From: Malacoraja senta | Taxonomy: Eukaryota | Reading direction: 5' to 3' | Assembly: GCA_038087875.1 (NCBI GenBank) | Contig: CM075979.1 | Coordinates: 86,242,001-86,306,000 of the forward strand | DNA length: 64,000 nucleotides | In this document: one piece after another, positions 1 to 12,170 of the stretch | How the letters are laid out: each line of letters begins with the position of its first letter | How positions within the stretch are numbered: the first letter of the stretch is position 1 | Position numbers and translations under genes: made by a program | Notes under the pieces: model-generated | Database searches by the model: none | The model's input: only the letters and a program-made list of their open reading frames with translations | What the model was told of the DNA's origin: nothing

Positions 1-540
1 GAGAGCATATTGATTGGTTGCATCACGGCATGGTTCGACAACTCGAAAGCCCAGGAGCGAAGAAGACTGCAAAAAAATTGTGAACACTGCCCAGTCCATC
101 ACCGGGCTCAGACCTCCCCACCATCGAAGGAACCGGAATCGCTGCCTCAAAAAGGCAGCCAGCATAATCAGAGACCCACACCACCCTGGCCACACACTCA
201 TTTCACCCCTGCCATCGGGAAGAAGGTACAGGAGCCTGAAAACTGTAGCACCCAGATTCAGGAACAGCTTACTCCTTGCTGGCATTCGACCAATAAACAC
301 TACAACCTCAAATAAGCTCTGAACTACTATTATTGTTATTATTGCACTATTACTACAGTATGTATCTATGATCTATATATTTGTGAGTATGTGTATATAT
401 ACACACACTGAACTTTTTTTTCTCTCTCATTTATTATATTGTTTAGTGTACAATGTTTACATATTCTGTTGTGCTGCTGCAAGTAAGAATTTCATTGTTC
501 TATCTCGGACATATGACAATAAAACACACTCGACTCTTGA
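1..540 (+). mobile_element. Rex1/Babar-type LINE, 3' end (frameshifted ORF C-terminus plus 3' UTR)
   Basis: Translations ESILIGCITAWF...AASIIRDPHHPGHTLISPLPSGRRYRSL match the Rex1 RT C-terminal region. Ends atgacaataaa plus short-repeat tail. Confidence 0.85.
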
Positions 541-547
541 AACACAT

Positions 548-760
548 CAATAGACAATAGACAATAGGTGCAGGAGTAAGCCATTCCACCCCTCGAGCCA
601 GCACCGCCATTCAATGTGATCATGGCTGATCATCCCCAATCAGCACCCCGTTCCAGCCTTCTCCCCATATCCCCTGACTCCGCTATTTTTAAGAGCCCTA
701 TCTAGCTCTCTCTTGAAAGCATCGAGAACCTGCCTCCACCGCCCTCTGAGGCAGAATTCT
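548..760 (-). mobile_element. CR1 (HER1-like) LINE 3' tail fragment
   Basis: aatagacaatagacaataggtgcaggag... is the reverse complement of the CR1 3' UTR/tail seen at 33940-34037. Confidence 0.85.
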
Positions 761-1904
761 TCAAAGGATTATTCTCTCTACCAATGATATATCAGCAAAA
801 TGCACTAAGGTCATTCATCCTTTTCTGACAGAACCTGCCTAAAATTTGATTTCTATCATCAGGAAGGAGAAGGTCAACAGTTGCATGAGATCACCACCAC
901 CCTCAAGTTTTCCTCCAATTTGCCCACCTAATTAGGTGATCCTAATTCCAAGAACTCCCAGCAAACAGCCCTCTGAGAGTACCTTCATCATAAGAACGGC
1001 AGAGATCCAAGAACATGAGTCACTGCTACCTTTACAGACCCAATTAGCGATTGCTGATTTATGCTGGCCTGCCAGAAATGTCCAGATTCCAAAAGAAATG
1101 AATACAGAGAAAGCTCTCTGCAGCAAACTTTCATAATGTTTGAATCAGTGCTTGAATCAATGCCAATTGGTCTTTGTTTTGTTCTTACTTTATCATGGCG
1201 ATTTGATAAAACTTCACACATTTCAGAGGCCACTTAACAATCAAACACACTTTTGTGTAAATGCACTGACACATAAGGCAGAACAATTACGGTCCCCTTT
1301 TTTCTTTCCTTGAAGAACACTGGTGAAGCAGGTATTTTTTTTAATAATCATCTAGATATAATATAATCATCATTACTACCATTACACTGGTAGTAATGGA
1401 TTGACATTCATGGTTAAAATCAAATTTCTCCATGATAAGCAAAAATATAATGCTGGAGATATTCAGCAGGCCAGGCAGCATCCATAGATAAAGAGCCAAA
1501 GCTCATGTGCAAGTCAATATCATTTTTGTCCTAAATTTTCTGTTTTTTATTTCAGCACCATCTATGAATTCACTTTTAAATGCCACCAAATTGTGAACAT
1601 ATCAATTAATCCACAGATCGTTAATACATACCTGTAGATTACTAATCTAATAACATAATCACTGGGTGACCGTTCCAAACAGGATTTGTAAAGATTTAAA
1701 AATAAAGATTTAATGGATTTAAACATCTAAAGTAAATTGGCAAAAGCTTTCCATTTGTTTCTGGACTTTGCACATAAATTGCGTCTATGTGTATGTGTAT
1801 TCAATTTATATTTGTGCATTATCGCACTAAGTGACATACAGATCTTTTGCTTCACTAATTGAAAGCAGTGCCAAATACTTACTTTCCTCCAGTTTCTTTC
1901 CTCA

Positions 1905-2470
1905 TGCCTGGAAAGCTGTGGCAGAGAAAGCACATCAATGCCTCTACTTCCTTGGAAGAGTAAGAAAGTTTGACACATCTCCAACAACTCTTCCCAACTT
2001 CGACCAATGCACCGTACAAAGCATCCTATCAGGTTTGGCAACAGCTCTGCCCAAGACCGTAAGAAATTGCAGAAAGTTGTGAATGTAGCCCAGTCCAGCC
2101 TCCCTCCCACTGACTCCATCTATACTTTACGCTGCCTCAGGAAAGAAGCCAACATAATCAAGGACCCTGGTCATTCAGTCTTCTCCTCTTTCCTATTGGG
2201 CAGAAGAGATATAAGCTTGAAAGCACGTACCACCAAATTCAAGCTGTTATCAGGCAACTGAATGGTCCTTGCGGCCCTTGTATTTTCTCTGTTACTGTAA
2301 CACAATAACACATTATCCTGGTATTTTTTCTGTGCACTACCAAATGTATTATTGCAATGACTTGATTGTACTTATGTAATTTAGTATAATTTAATTGGAT
2401 AGCACATAAAGTTTTTCACTCTATCTTGGTACATGAGTCAATAATAAACCATTACCGGTACCAATACCAA
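1905..2470 (+). mobile_element. Decayed Rex1-type LINE fragment
   Basis: KAHQCLYFLGRVRKF and FGNSSAQDRKKLQKVVNVAQ motifs, frameshifted. Confidence 0.75.
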
Positions 2471-4276
2471 GGAAAGAGCTGCAGCCAGCTGGAATGTCAT
2501 TTCAGAGAAGGCCTTTGCAACATTGGTAATGTGCTCAACAGACTATCCAAACTGTGGAGCATTACAATGCAACTTACTCATGCCTTCATCCAATACAGTT
2601 TTCACCAAACTGTTAAGAATAGCAGGGAATTTGGCTGAATTGCAAACCACTGCAGTTGATTAGTTAGCACATCACACAAGGTTGAATTGGGCACTTTCAT
2701 GCCTACATGACTATGATTCATGAATTAATGGAGTGCAGTATCTTTAACCATTATGCCACCACCAGGAGAGTATAAAACACAAAGATGCTGTCATGTCTCT
2801 TTGTACACAGTTTCGGATGAAGTTAAATACCAATGACTTGTTTTGGAACTTTACTTGTTATTTATAGCTATCAGTGATGTGTAAGAACAAGGTCTACATT
2901 TAGCATCAATTTGTTGGGGATTTATTTGAATGTGAAACAAAATGTTAAATGTTTCAGCCATATTACTCTGACCTAAATATATCCCACAATTGCTATTCAG
3001 AGATAAAAATGCAAGACATGCAAAATTCTTATAACCTTTCATTAAACTGGAAATTGTTGAAGATTGAAAGTTGGAATTAAATATAAAAGCAGGGAAAGGA
3101 GGATGGGCAGGGAGAAAGGAATAAAAGGGAAAATCCAGGATTGGATGTAAAATAGATTAAAAATCTAAATCTATGCTTGTATGAGATAAAAGGGATATAA
3201 TGAGACAAATAAACAAAAAGGTAAAGAGTTCCATTTATCTGTGGGATTTCATGCCATAGTGCCTACCAGACATAATTTTTTTTTGAAATTTAGTCATTAT
3301 TTAATGCTGAAAAATTGGCAGTTGCAACAAACAGCTGAGCAATAATGATCAGGTTATTTTTCCTGCAATGAATAAATATTAATCAGTGCACCAAAAGATA
3401 AGTTTCAAGGAGGTGTAACAGAATAATTATTGTTTGAAATTGTTATACCCAGTGTTTGTCTGGTCCCACTATTATTTTCAACTACAAAACAAACATATAC
3501 TGGTTAAAATTCGATAGTATTTCCATTCCATCCTTGCTGGGAAACAATGAATTAAATTGCACTGAGAACTCCAGGTAGGGCCTCTTAGAGGCACTACATA
3601 TTTACAGCAGTTGCTTATCCATGCATTTCATCCCATTGCGATAGTAGTTATTTGCATGCCTGGATGCTTACTATAGTTGCAGTTAACTTCTTTTTCATCA
3701 GCTATTTAAAGTGTAAAGTAAATTCTGCTTCACCTGGAAGGACAGCTTAGGTCACTGAATGGTGGGAAGGGTACAGGTAATAAAGTAAGTATCTCTTCTC
3801 CCATGATTGCCTAAATGCAGTCAAGAGGTGCAATGAATAACCCGTAGTAGTTTTAAAACAAATAGATGCTATTTTCACTGAAATTATTAAAGATCACATA
3901 TTCGAGGGAATCCATTGGATTGGAAAAATGAAAGAGAGTAGAATCAATGGAGTCTGTATTAAAGAGCAGTTTGAAAGAGAATCCAAAAATATTTTGAAAT
4001 AAATAGATAACGGTACATAATACATAAAATTTTCAGAAGTATTTGTATGAACTATTAACAACAAATCCACTATTGGATGCACATCTGAAAAAGAAACCTG
4101 GTTAAAAGAGAGGAAATTACAATATCCATAGTGGTGTCATCTCAAAACTGGGAGTAAGTGATATTAAGCACCACAGCCATCAGGACAAGGACTCCTGCTA
4201 TTTCTTATCCACATACATGATTTTGCAAACAAATAACTGTAATCTCATAAAATTAAGTCACCATTAAAATAGAGAG

Positions 4277-4758
4277 TGTAGTGGCCATTTGGCATGTTTT
4301 GGGTGTCATTGATGATGGCATGTGTCTTTAAATTTTAGACTGCCCTTTATATGGTGGGTGGGATTTATAACGTATTTTGGGGCGTGTTTGGAGCTAAGTT
4401 TCTTGCGCAGAAGCCTAGTTTTTAGTTTAGTTTCGGACTAGCGTGGAGAAGGTTTAGCCTTTGACCATGCGGAGTGTAACAGAGACACGAGGAGTTTTCT
4501 AACCTTTAAAGCGATATGTTGGAGTTTGATGAAGATTATGGTGTACGAGTCGGAAGAAGTTTGGATGTACCTTATTGTTTTTCATCAACAATAAAGAATA
4601 TATTAATCAAAAGACTGTGTTATGAAGATTTATCTATGAAGAAACTCTGATGTTCTGACGGAGAGCTCGCATGCGTATAACGACATTCCCCTTAACCATG
4701 CAGTCCACAGTGGCTAGAGGGAGTAATCTCTTGAACGATATAAAAATCTGCCGCTACA
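4277..4758 (+). mobile_element. Solo LTR (482 bp) of an LTR retrotransposon
   Basis: Termini TGTAGTGG...CCGCTACA (TG..CA inverted repeat). 5-bp TSD GAGAG at 4272-4276 and 4759-4763. AATAAA at ~4590. Confidence 0.8.
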
Positions 4759-6647
4759 GAGAGAACTGGAGGATCAGAAGATAAAATTGTGCAAATGGAT
4801 GTGGATGGTTTTAATAGTAACAGTGTATACAAAGGACAAATTCAATTTTATACCTACAAGCAAATACATTTGCATATTAAAAGGAATAAATCAGTAATAA
4901 ATCAGGAATTAATTCCACAAGTAACAACAGGAACACATTCTGTGTTGTTGCACTGTAGATATATACTTGTAAAAGAAACAACAAAAGCGTTAATATATTT
5001 TGCCTTTAATGTAGAGACATATATCAAATATAACATTCAACATGCATCACAGGAGCCATATGAAAAAACGTTAGGTAATGCAGATGAATGAAAGCTTGCA
5101 TTACGATGTTGGTATTTAGGAATGTTTTAGAGGATCAAAAAAGACATGGAGGCAGAGAGATTTGGAAAGAGAATTCCAGAATTAAGGATTGTCAAAAAAA
5201 GAAAAAATCATCAACACAGGAGCACAAAGTCAGATGATGAAAAGGCCAGAATAAGATAACAGATGCCTCAGGGGTCTTTAGAGAAGGAAGGAATTTCAAG
5301 ATAGGGGCGGGGCAAGTCCATGCAAGAATATGAAAATCAACATGAAATGTTTAATTAGACATTTTGCTTGACAGCAGACCAGCCAGTATGGTGCTGATAG
5401 TGAATGGGGCATTGCAAGCTAGGACTCGGCAGCAAGACTTTAGACCTCAAGTTAATGAAGAATAGAATGAGATGATCCTGCCATCATGCCTTGGAAGTCT
5501 CTGGGAGTTACGCAGCCATAGTACTGAGGCAAGGGTAGAATTCTAAATACCACAGAGGTGGAATTGTCTCATGTGATTGAGCATTTATAGGATGTCAAAC
5601 ATAACATTGCAGTTGTAAATATGTGATTCAATTTCAGACAAGGAGAAGGATGACATTGTTGACTAAGGAATGGAGTATGATACAGAAACTAAAATTTATG
5701 ACTTTTGCATTTCTAATAAGTAATTGTAGTGCATTTAACAGACAGTATACATGGCAGCCATCGCGTGTTGACAGGGTGGTTTTTGGAGTTCTGAACATGT
5801 GGGTAATTTTACTCTGAATGGCATCTAGCCTCATGAGAATTTATGGTGCTGCACTCTTCCATACACGTGCAGAGTTCTATCATGCTCTTGACTTCTGCTT
5901 TGCAGATAGTAAAAAGGTCTTGGGATATCAGGTGGTGTGTCACTTTCCACAGGATACCCAGTCTCTCACCAACACCAGTAGCCACAGTACTTATGTTGTT
6001 GGTCCAAATGAGTTTCCGATTTACATTCACCTCCAGTATATAAATGGTGGAGAACTTGGCAAAGATAACATCAAGAGTTTCTAGTTAGACTCCCTCTTAT
6101 TGAAGATTTTCATTCTCTGGTGTATAGTAACACAAATATCAGCCTATGCCTAAATGTTGAAGAGATATTGTTGCATGCAGGCATAAGCTCCTTCGGTTGT
6201 TGAGGAGTTAAGAATGGAATTAACTTCACTTTTACCAGGTGTCTTTATTGCCTTATTCAGTCAAATGCTGCCTTGGTAACAAAAGCATCACTGTCACTCC
6301 ACATCTCGCATTCAGCTCTTTGGTCCATGTTTGGACTGTGGCGATTGGAGTGAACTCTGTTGAAACACAAACTTGGCATTGGTAAGTCGGTTAATGGTGA
6401 GTAAGTGCAACTTGATAGCACTGTCAAAGAGAGGTTCCTTTACTTTTCTGCTGGATGGAGAGTAGATTAATTTGTTGGATTGGATTTTTTTGCTTTTTGT
6501 GAACAGGATATACCTGGGCAATTTTACACATGGTTGGATGGATACCAGTGTTATAGTTGTACAGGAACAACTTGACTTGTGTCATAGTGTTTTCCGGTAC
6601 CTAGGTCTTCAGTGCTACAGCTGGGATGTATTTGAAAACATTTAATG

Positions 6648-7233
6648 CAGGGGTCGGCAACCTTGTTCTGCGTAGGGGCCAGGACGCATGCCTGTGAGCA
6701 GATGGCGGGCCACTTCCATCACATGTACACATGGATCCCGCCCCCATCCCGAAAGGCAGGCACCAAAGCACGTGTTCACAGAGATCCCGCCCCTTCAAGG
6801 ACACCACCTGGAGCACTGGCTCCTAGTTATGGGCACTCACGAACACGGCGCACCTATGGACCATTGCCTTGGCTCTGTCCTGAAGGCGGTGGCTCAAATA
6901 CTCATACTCACTCGTCCCCGGCCTATTGACAACCCCGATCCGGACAGTGAAGCCCAGACACAGAAGGTGCGCGGCCGTGCTGGCGGCTTTGCGCAAGATG
7001 CGGTACAGCCAGAGCTCGGCCGTGCTCGGCGGCTCCGCCATTGCGGCCGCCAGTGCAGGCCTCCTTGCATTCTTGCGTCACTGTGCCTGGGCGCTGTGAC
7101 CTCTGGAGGTACCAGAGATGACGGAAGTCTGCAGGCCGGATGATTACGGAGAAAAAATATATATGCCTGCGGGCCAGATGATTTCGGGTTATGGGCCGCA
7201 TTTGGCCCGGGGGCCGTAGGTTGTCGACCCCTG
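6648..7233. mobile_element. Non-autonomous hAT (Charlie-like) element carrying host gene cargo
   Basis: 16-bp TIRs CAGGGGTCGGCAACCT / AGGTTGTCGACCCCTG (1 mismatch). Perfect 8-bp TSD ATTTAATG at 6640-6647 and 7234-7241. GGGCC subterminal repeats. Confidence 0.92.
6912..7041 (-). pseudogene. CYB561D2: Captured first coding exon of a cytochrome b561 domain-containing gene (CYB561D2-like), followed by its splice donor
   Basis: MAEPPSTAELWLYRILRKAASTAAHLLCLGFTVRIGVVNRPGT resembles the remembered CYB561D2 N-terminus ([32 protein letters not shown]). Kozak gcaATGg. Phase-1 donor A|GTGAGT at 6911-6906. Confidence 0.8.
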
Positions 7234-8916
7234 ATTTAATGGATCTATTAAAACACATGGCACACACTTCCTACGACAAATCGACCTCAGCAGCTGAAAT
7301 CCATCTATTTATCTATCTATATATCTAGTACTAAAACTCTCATCTTGTTTGTCTGTATGCGTGTTTGTGTATGTGATCCTGAAACTACGCCAAAACGATA
7401 CACGATAGCCCTACAATTTTAGCCCACCTTATTCACCACTGTCCTGTGGTGTGCTGTGGCATGTTTCATTCAGATTGATGGTATATTTTACAAGTTATTC
7501 ACATTTTAAACGTTACAAAAACCACTTTGACAACAATCACTTCTCTACTTGCCCTGCCTGTCAGCAGCGTTCATCACAATGACGTCACAATGGGATCCCA
7601 TATCTAATTTACATTAATAAAACGTGATTAAAAAAAAAAAACAGTTTTATTCAAATTCTTGGGGGGAGGTTTCATTTACAAAAAAAAAGCGCGATTTTCA
7701 CTGGGGGGGGGGGGTGGGGAGATAGGGGAGAGGTTTCATTTACAAAAAAAATTGTGATTTTCATTGTGGGGGGGTGGGATAGGGGGTAGGTGAGTGCTGA
7801 TGTCGCCCCCCCACGTGGGCCGATTGATTGGCTCTGAGATTGGCTCTAACAACCCACTCGACGCCCGATTGGTCCAATTTCCAAGTGGGGGAAGCGCCGA
7901 CACCGCTGCCAAACGTGGGGTCGTTTTGATTAGCCCCACCACCTCCCTCCCACTTGGGATCGTTTGATTGGCTCCGACCTCCAGCTCGACACCCGATTGG
8001 TCCGGGTCCCACATGGGGGAAGCGCAGCTTGACGCCCGATTGGTCGCAGTTCCGGATAAAAGCACGCTGGTTGTGCCCCGTGTCTTCTTCCTGTCGAGCT
8101 GCTACTGCTGCTGATTGATTGAGGGAATAAACTGCCAAATCGTTAAAGATAAGATTGATTTCATTTAAAAAAATGCAACTTTCATTGTGATGGATTTTAT
8201 TATTTAAAAAAAAATCTATTTAAATCAAATTTTTCCATGTTCATTAACTACTAACATTGTGTTTAGCTTCTTTTAACGAAAAAACGCTATTTTCATTTAG
8301 AGTTGCATTTTAAAAAAAAACATTGTGATTTTCATTGAGATTGATTTTATTCAAATATAAAAACTATATTTTGATCCAATTCTTTCGTGTTCATTGAGAA
8401 CTAACATCGTGTTTAGGTTATTTTGAAGTTTGATTTTATTATTTAAAAAAAAAAAAAATTCTCGACGCCCGATTGATCCAGGTACCACGTGGGGGGAGCG
8501 CTGACGCCACCCCCCAACGTGGGGTCGATTGATTGGTTCTGACCTCACGCTCGACGCCCTATTGGTCCGGGTCCCACGTGGGGGAAGTGCAGCTCGACGC
8601 CCGATTGGTTGCTGTTCCGGATAAAAGCACGCTGTTTGTCCCCCGGTCCTTCTTCCCGTCGAGCTGCTACTGCAGCTGATTGATTGAGGGGATAAACTGC
8701 TAAATCGTTAAAGGTAAGATTTATTTCATTTTAAAAATGCAATTTCCATTGCGATTGATTTTATTATTAAAAAAAAAAAATTTGAATCAAAATTTTCTGT
8801 GTTCATTAACTACTAACATTTTCAGTTAGAGTTGCATTTTTTTTTTAAATTGCGATTTTCATTGAGATTGATTTTATTCAAATGTAAAAACTATGTTTTG
8901 ATCCAATTCAAAATGT

Positions 8917-9165
8917 AGGGGAAAGGAGAGGGAGGGAGTGGAGGAGGAGAGGGGAAAGAAGAGGGAGGGTGAAGAGGAGGGGGAGGGAGTGCGGGGGGTG
9001 AGGGACAATGGAGGAGGATAGGGGTAGGAAGAGGAATGGCGAGGTATGGAGGAGGGGAGGGGGAAGAGAGGGGAGGGGGTGAGGGGAGGAAGCAGAGGAG
9101 GGTTGATGGATGGTGGGGAGTGGGAGGATAATGGAGGAGGGGAATAAGGGACTGAAGAGGGAGAG
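8917..9165. repeat. Purine-rich (GGA/GGG) low-complexity tract inside Helitron A
   Basis: Direct inspection; similar tracts at 11530-11920 (C-rich on +) and 12670-13100. Confidence 0.85.
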
Positions 9166-9195
9166 TGAAATGCGTTCACATTGATCTTATATTTT

Positions 9196-9996
9196 CAATT
9201 CAATTCAATTGCCCTTTATTGTAATTCAAACATGCAAGTTTTGAACTAAATTTCGTTCCTGCAGTCATAAGAGCAAAAAAAAAAAAACCAAAACACACAA
9301 TTAACACAATTCCACATAAACACCCATCACAGTGAATCTCCAAACACCTCCCACTGTGATTGAAGGCAAAAGTCTTATCTCTTCCCTGTCCTTTGTTCTT
9401 CTCCCGCGGTCAAGCAGGCAAACTGCAACGTCGAGGCGACCGGGGCTCCCGATGTTACAGCCCATGGCAGGCGATGGTAAGTCCCGCGACCGTTTAAGCC
9501 GCGCCGGGCGATGTAAGGCCCTGCTCTGGGCCGATTCAAACCCCTCGATTCGGGCGGGCGAAGTTGCCGTTGTGGGAGCTCCGAAAATCGGTCTCCCACC
9601 AGGGACCCGCGAGCTCCCGATTTTACCATTCACAGGGCCTGCGGCCGAAGCTCCGAAGTTGGGACACAGCCGCAGCGCCACCATAGCTCCGAAGTCAGCC
9701 AGCTCCACGATGGTAAGTCTGCAGGCTCTACGACTGGAGCCCTCAGGTCGATTCCGGTTGGAGGCCGCCAGATCCACGGTGTTAGGCCCAACGACAACGG
9801 GGACACGACAAGGAAAAGGTTGCGTCCCCATTCAGGGAAGAGATTAAAAAGTTTCCCCCACCCGCCCCCCGCCCCCCCCCACATATACACAGCTAAAAAT
9901 AAACCAAAAACATACTCCCAACAAAGACAAAAAGAAAGAAAAAAAGACAGACAGACTGCAGGGAGCCGCTGCCACAAGGCGCCGCCCCTCCACTCA
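9196..9996 (-). mobile_element. Non-autonomous GC-rich retroposon with LINE-like tail, nested in Helitron A
   Basis: Splits the Helitron motif attgatcttatattt|tttacaagttatt. (CAATT)n tail plus TTTATT. 5' and 3' ends homologous to 10268-11218. Confidence 0.65.
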
Positions 9997-10267
9997 TTTT
10001 ACAAGTTATTGCCATTTTAAACTTTAAAAACGACAGCCGCGCCTGCACAGTTGGGGGCTGTGGGTGAGTGGTGGAATAATGCGTTGCGGGAACGGGGCCC
10101 AATGGGTCCCACTTGGTCTAGTATATATCTATCTATATTTAAAACTGTGTGTGTGTGTTTCTGCCTGTCTTGTGGATGCCAGCCTTCCTTTGATTCGTTG
10201 CTACGCCAACACCACACGCAGAAACGCCGAGATTTTTTCCATTTCGGTTGAGATTTCACTTTCATTC

Positions 10268-11218
10268 GGCGCTGTCGTACAGCAGCGGCTCGCCTGCAGT
10301 CCGTCTGTTTTTACTTTTTTTGTTGTTTTATTTTGTCCTGTTTTAGTTAAATTTTAGTTTATTGGGTTGTGTATGTGTGGGGTGGGGGTGTGAAACATGA
10401 CTTTTGTCTCTTCCTTCGGGGGAATGCGACTTTTTCTTGTCGTATCCCCCTTCTCTGCCTCCGTCTGCGCTGAGGCCAAAATGGCGGAGCTGCCGGCCTC
10501 CAACTCCAACTGCGAGCGACCGACCGACCTCGAGGCTCTGGAGGCAGAGCCAGGACTTACCAGCGCGGGGCTGGCCAACTTCGGGGCTGCGGTGGCGTTC
10601 CGGCGGTGGCGACCGAGGACACTGGTGGTGACCTGAATCCGGAGGCTCGGCCGCAGCTGGCCCAGTGGACGACATCTTCGGGAGCGCGAGGCTGGCCAAC
10701 TTCGGGGCTGCGGTGGCGTTCCGGCGGTGGCGACCGAGGACACTGGTGGCGACCCGAGTCCGGAAGCTCATCCGTGGGCCCAGTGGACGACATCGTCGGG
10801 AGCGCGCAGGTCACAGGTTGGTGACCTGTTTTCTGGGGCTCCCGCAACTACAGCTGCGTCCGCTGGACTGGAGGGCGGCAGCTTCGGCAGCTTCGACCAC
10901 CCCGGGCCGCGGAGTTTGAGCCGGCCCGTCGCGGAGCACGGATTCGGCCGCGGGACTGGCTTACCGTCGCCCGGCAGGGTCACAGCATCAGAAGCCTGGA
11001 TCGCCTCAGCGCAGAGGGAGAACAAAGCGGGAAGAGACAGAGACTTTAAGACTTTTGCCTCCATCACAGTGAGGAGGTGCCTGGTGAACTCACTGTGGTG
11101 GATGTTAATTTGTGTTTATTGTGTGTTTTGTCATTTATTATTATATGTATGACTGCAGGCAACGAAATTTCGTTCAGACCGAAAGGTCTGAATGACAAAT
11201 AAAGGAATCTCTAATCTC
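10268..11218 (+). mobile_element. Non-autonomous GC-rich retroposon (same family as 9196-9996), nested in Helitron B
   Basis: Shared head (gcagcggctc..cctgcagtc), stem-loop CATCACAGTGA..TCACTGTGGTG, tail AACGAAATTTCGTT..TGACAAATAAA. Confidence 0.65.
10562..10806 (+). repeat. Tandem duplication, ~120-bp GC-rich unit (2 copies plus start of a third)
   Basis: AGCGCG unit starts at 10562, 10683 and 10801. Confidence 0.9.
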
Positions 11219-12170
11219 TAAACTCAAGTATCCACTCCTGATTAAATTTCGTCATGTTTATGTACACATTTTAAATAAAATCCTTCCCCCCCCCCCCCAA
11301 AATGTTTTTAAAAAACAGCTCTCACCCATAGAACATTCCATCGTGTGATGTCACAATGCCCAATGCTCACAGATGTCCAATCGGAATGGATCCATTTACA
11401 TATGCCTTTGCAGCAGCCCCAGCCCCTCCCTCCCACCCCCGCAGGCTGTGTCGAAGCGCGTCATCACGTGTGTGGGAATACAGAGAGGATTGGGGGTGAT
11501 AGGGAATGGAGAACAGATGGACTGTCCCTACCCCTCCCACTCTCCCTCCCCACTATTTCCCATCTCTTCCCCCCACTCCTCTCCCTCCACACTCTCCCCT
11601 CTCCCTCCCCTACCCCATCTCCCTCCTCCCTTCCCTCCCCCCCACCTCTCCCCCTCCCCATCCCTCTCTCCTCCCCCTCTCCATCTCCCTCTCCTCCTCC
11701 TCCCACCCCCATCGATCTCTCCCCCACCCCCCTTCCCTCCCCCACCCCCTCCCCTCTCTCCCCCACCCCCTTCCCCCTCCCCACTCCATCCAGTCTTCCC
11801 CCTCTACCCCCTACCCCTATCTCTGCTCTCTCTCTCTTTGATCTTTATCTTTTTCTCTGCCCTCTCTCTCTCTCTCTCTCTCTTCCACTGTCTGTGCACA
11901 CTCTCTCTGCCCCCCCCCTCTAGACGCACCTGAGAGGTGAGGGCTATTCATCAGTGCATAGGGTGGAGATGGGATAAAAGAAACCAATTAATAAAATTAA
12001 GATAATATCAAGGGGTGTGATGAGTGTGTGTGTTTGAGGGTGCCAGATTCCCACCCCGCAACCGTGCTTTGGAGGAACAGACCCAACGGGGGGTGGTTAG
12101 TGTGATGCCGCAGCCCCCCCTCGCAAATGCGCGTTGGGAAACAGACCCAACGGGTCTGCATTTGGTCTAG

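Larger units (their letters stand above)
7304..10121 (+). mobile_element. Non-autonomous Helitron A (5' boundary approximate)
   Basis: 5' TCTAT..ACTAAAACTCTCATCTTGTTTG. 3' hairpin GGGGCCC-AAT-GGGTCCC (10094-10110) then CTAG (10118-10121) followed by T. Ends shared with copies at 12171 and 28605. Confidence 0.8.
10122..12170 (+). mobile_element. Non-autonomous Helitron B
   Basis: Starts in TATATATCTATCTATATT. 3' hairpin CAGACCC-AAC-GGGTCTG (12142-12158) and CTAG (12167-12170) followed by T. Confidence 0.8.

Noticed and set aside
7118-7140. MTEVCR on + strand as a possible NPRL2 start (NPRL2 neighbours CYB561D2 in human)
   Set aside because: Only six residues of weak resemblance and just ~77 bp from the opposite ATG; not supportable.
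10562-10806. CRISPR-like or other prokaryotic array
   Set aside because: Contiguous tandem units without unique spacers; spliceosomal vertebrate context and no cas genes.
9301-11152. Many overlapping 80-176 aa ORFs on both strands
   Set aside because: Expected from GC-rich repeat sequence; no recognisable domain.
11345-11933. Proline-rich ORFs of ~190 aa
   Set aside because: Translation of a C/T low-complexity tract.
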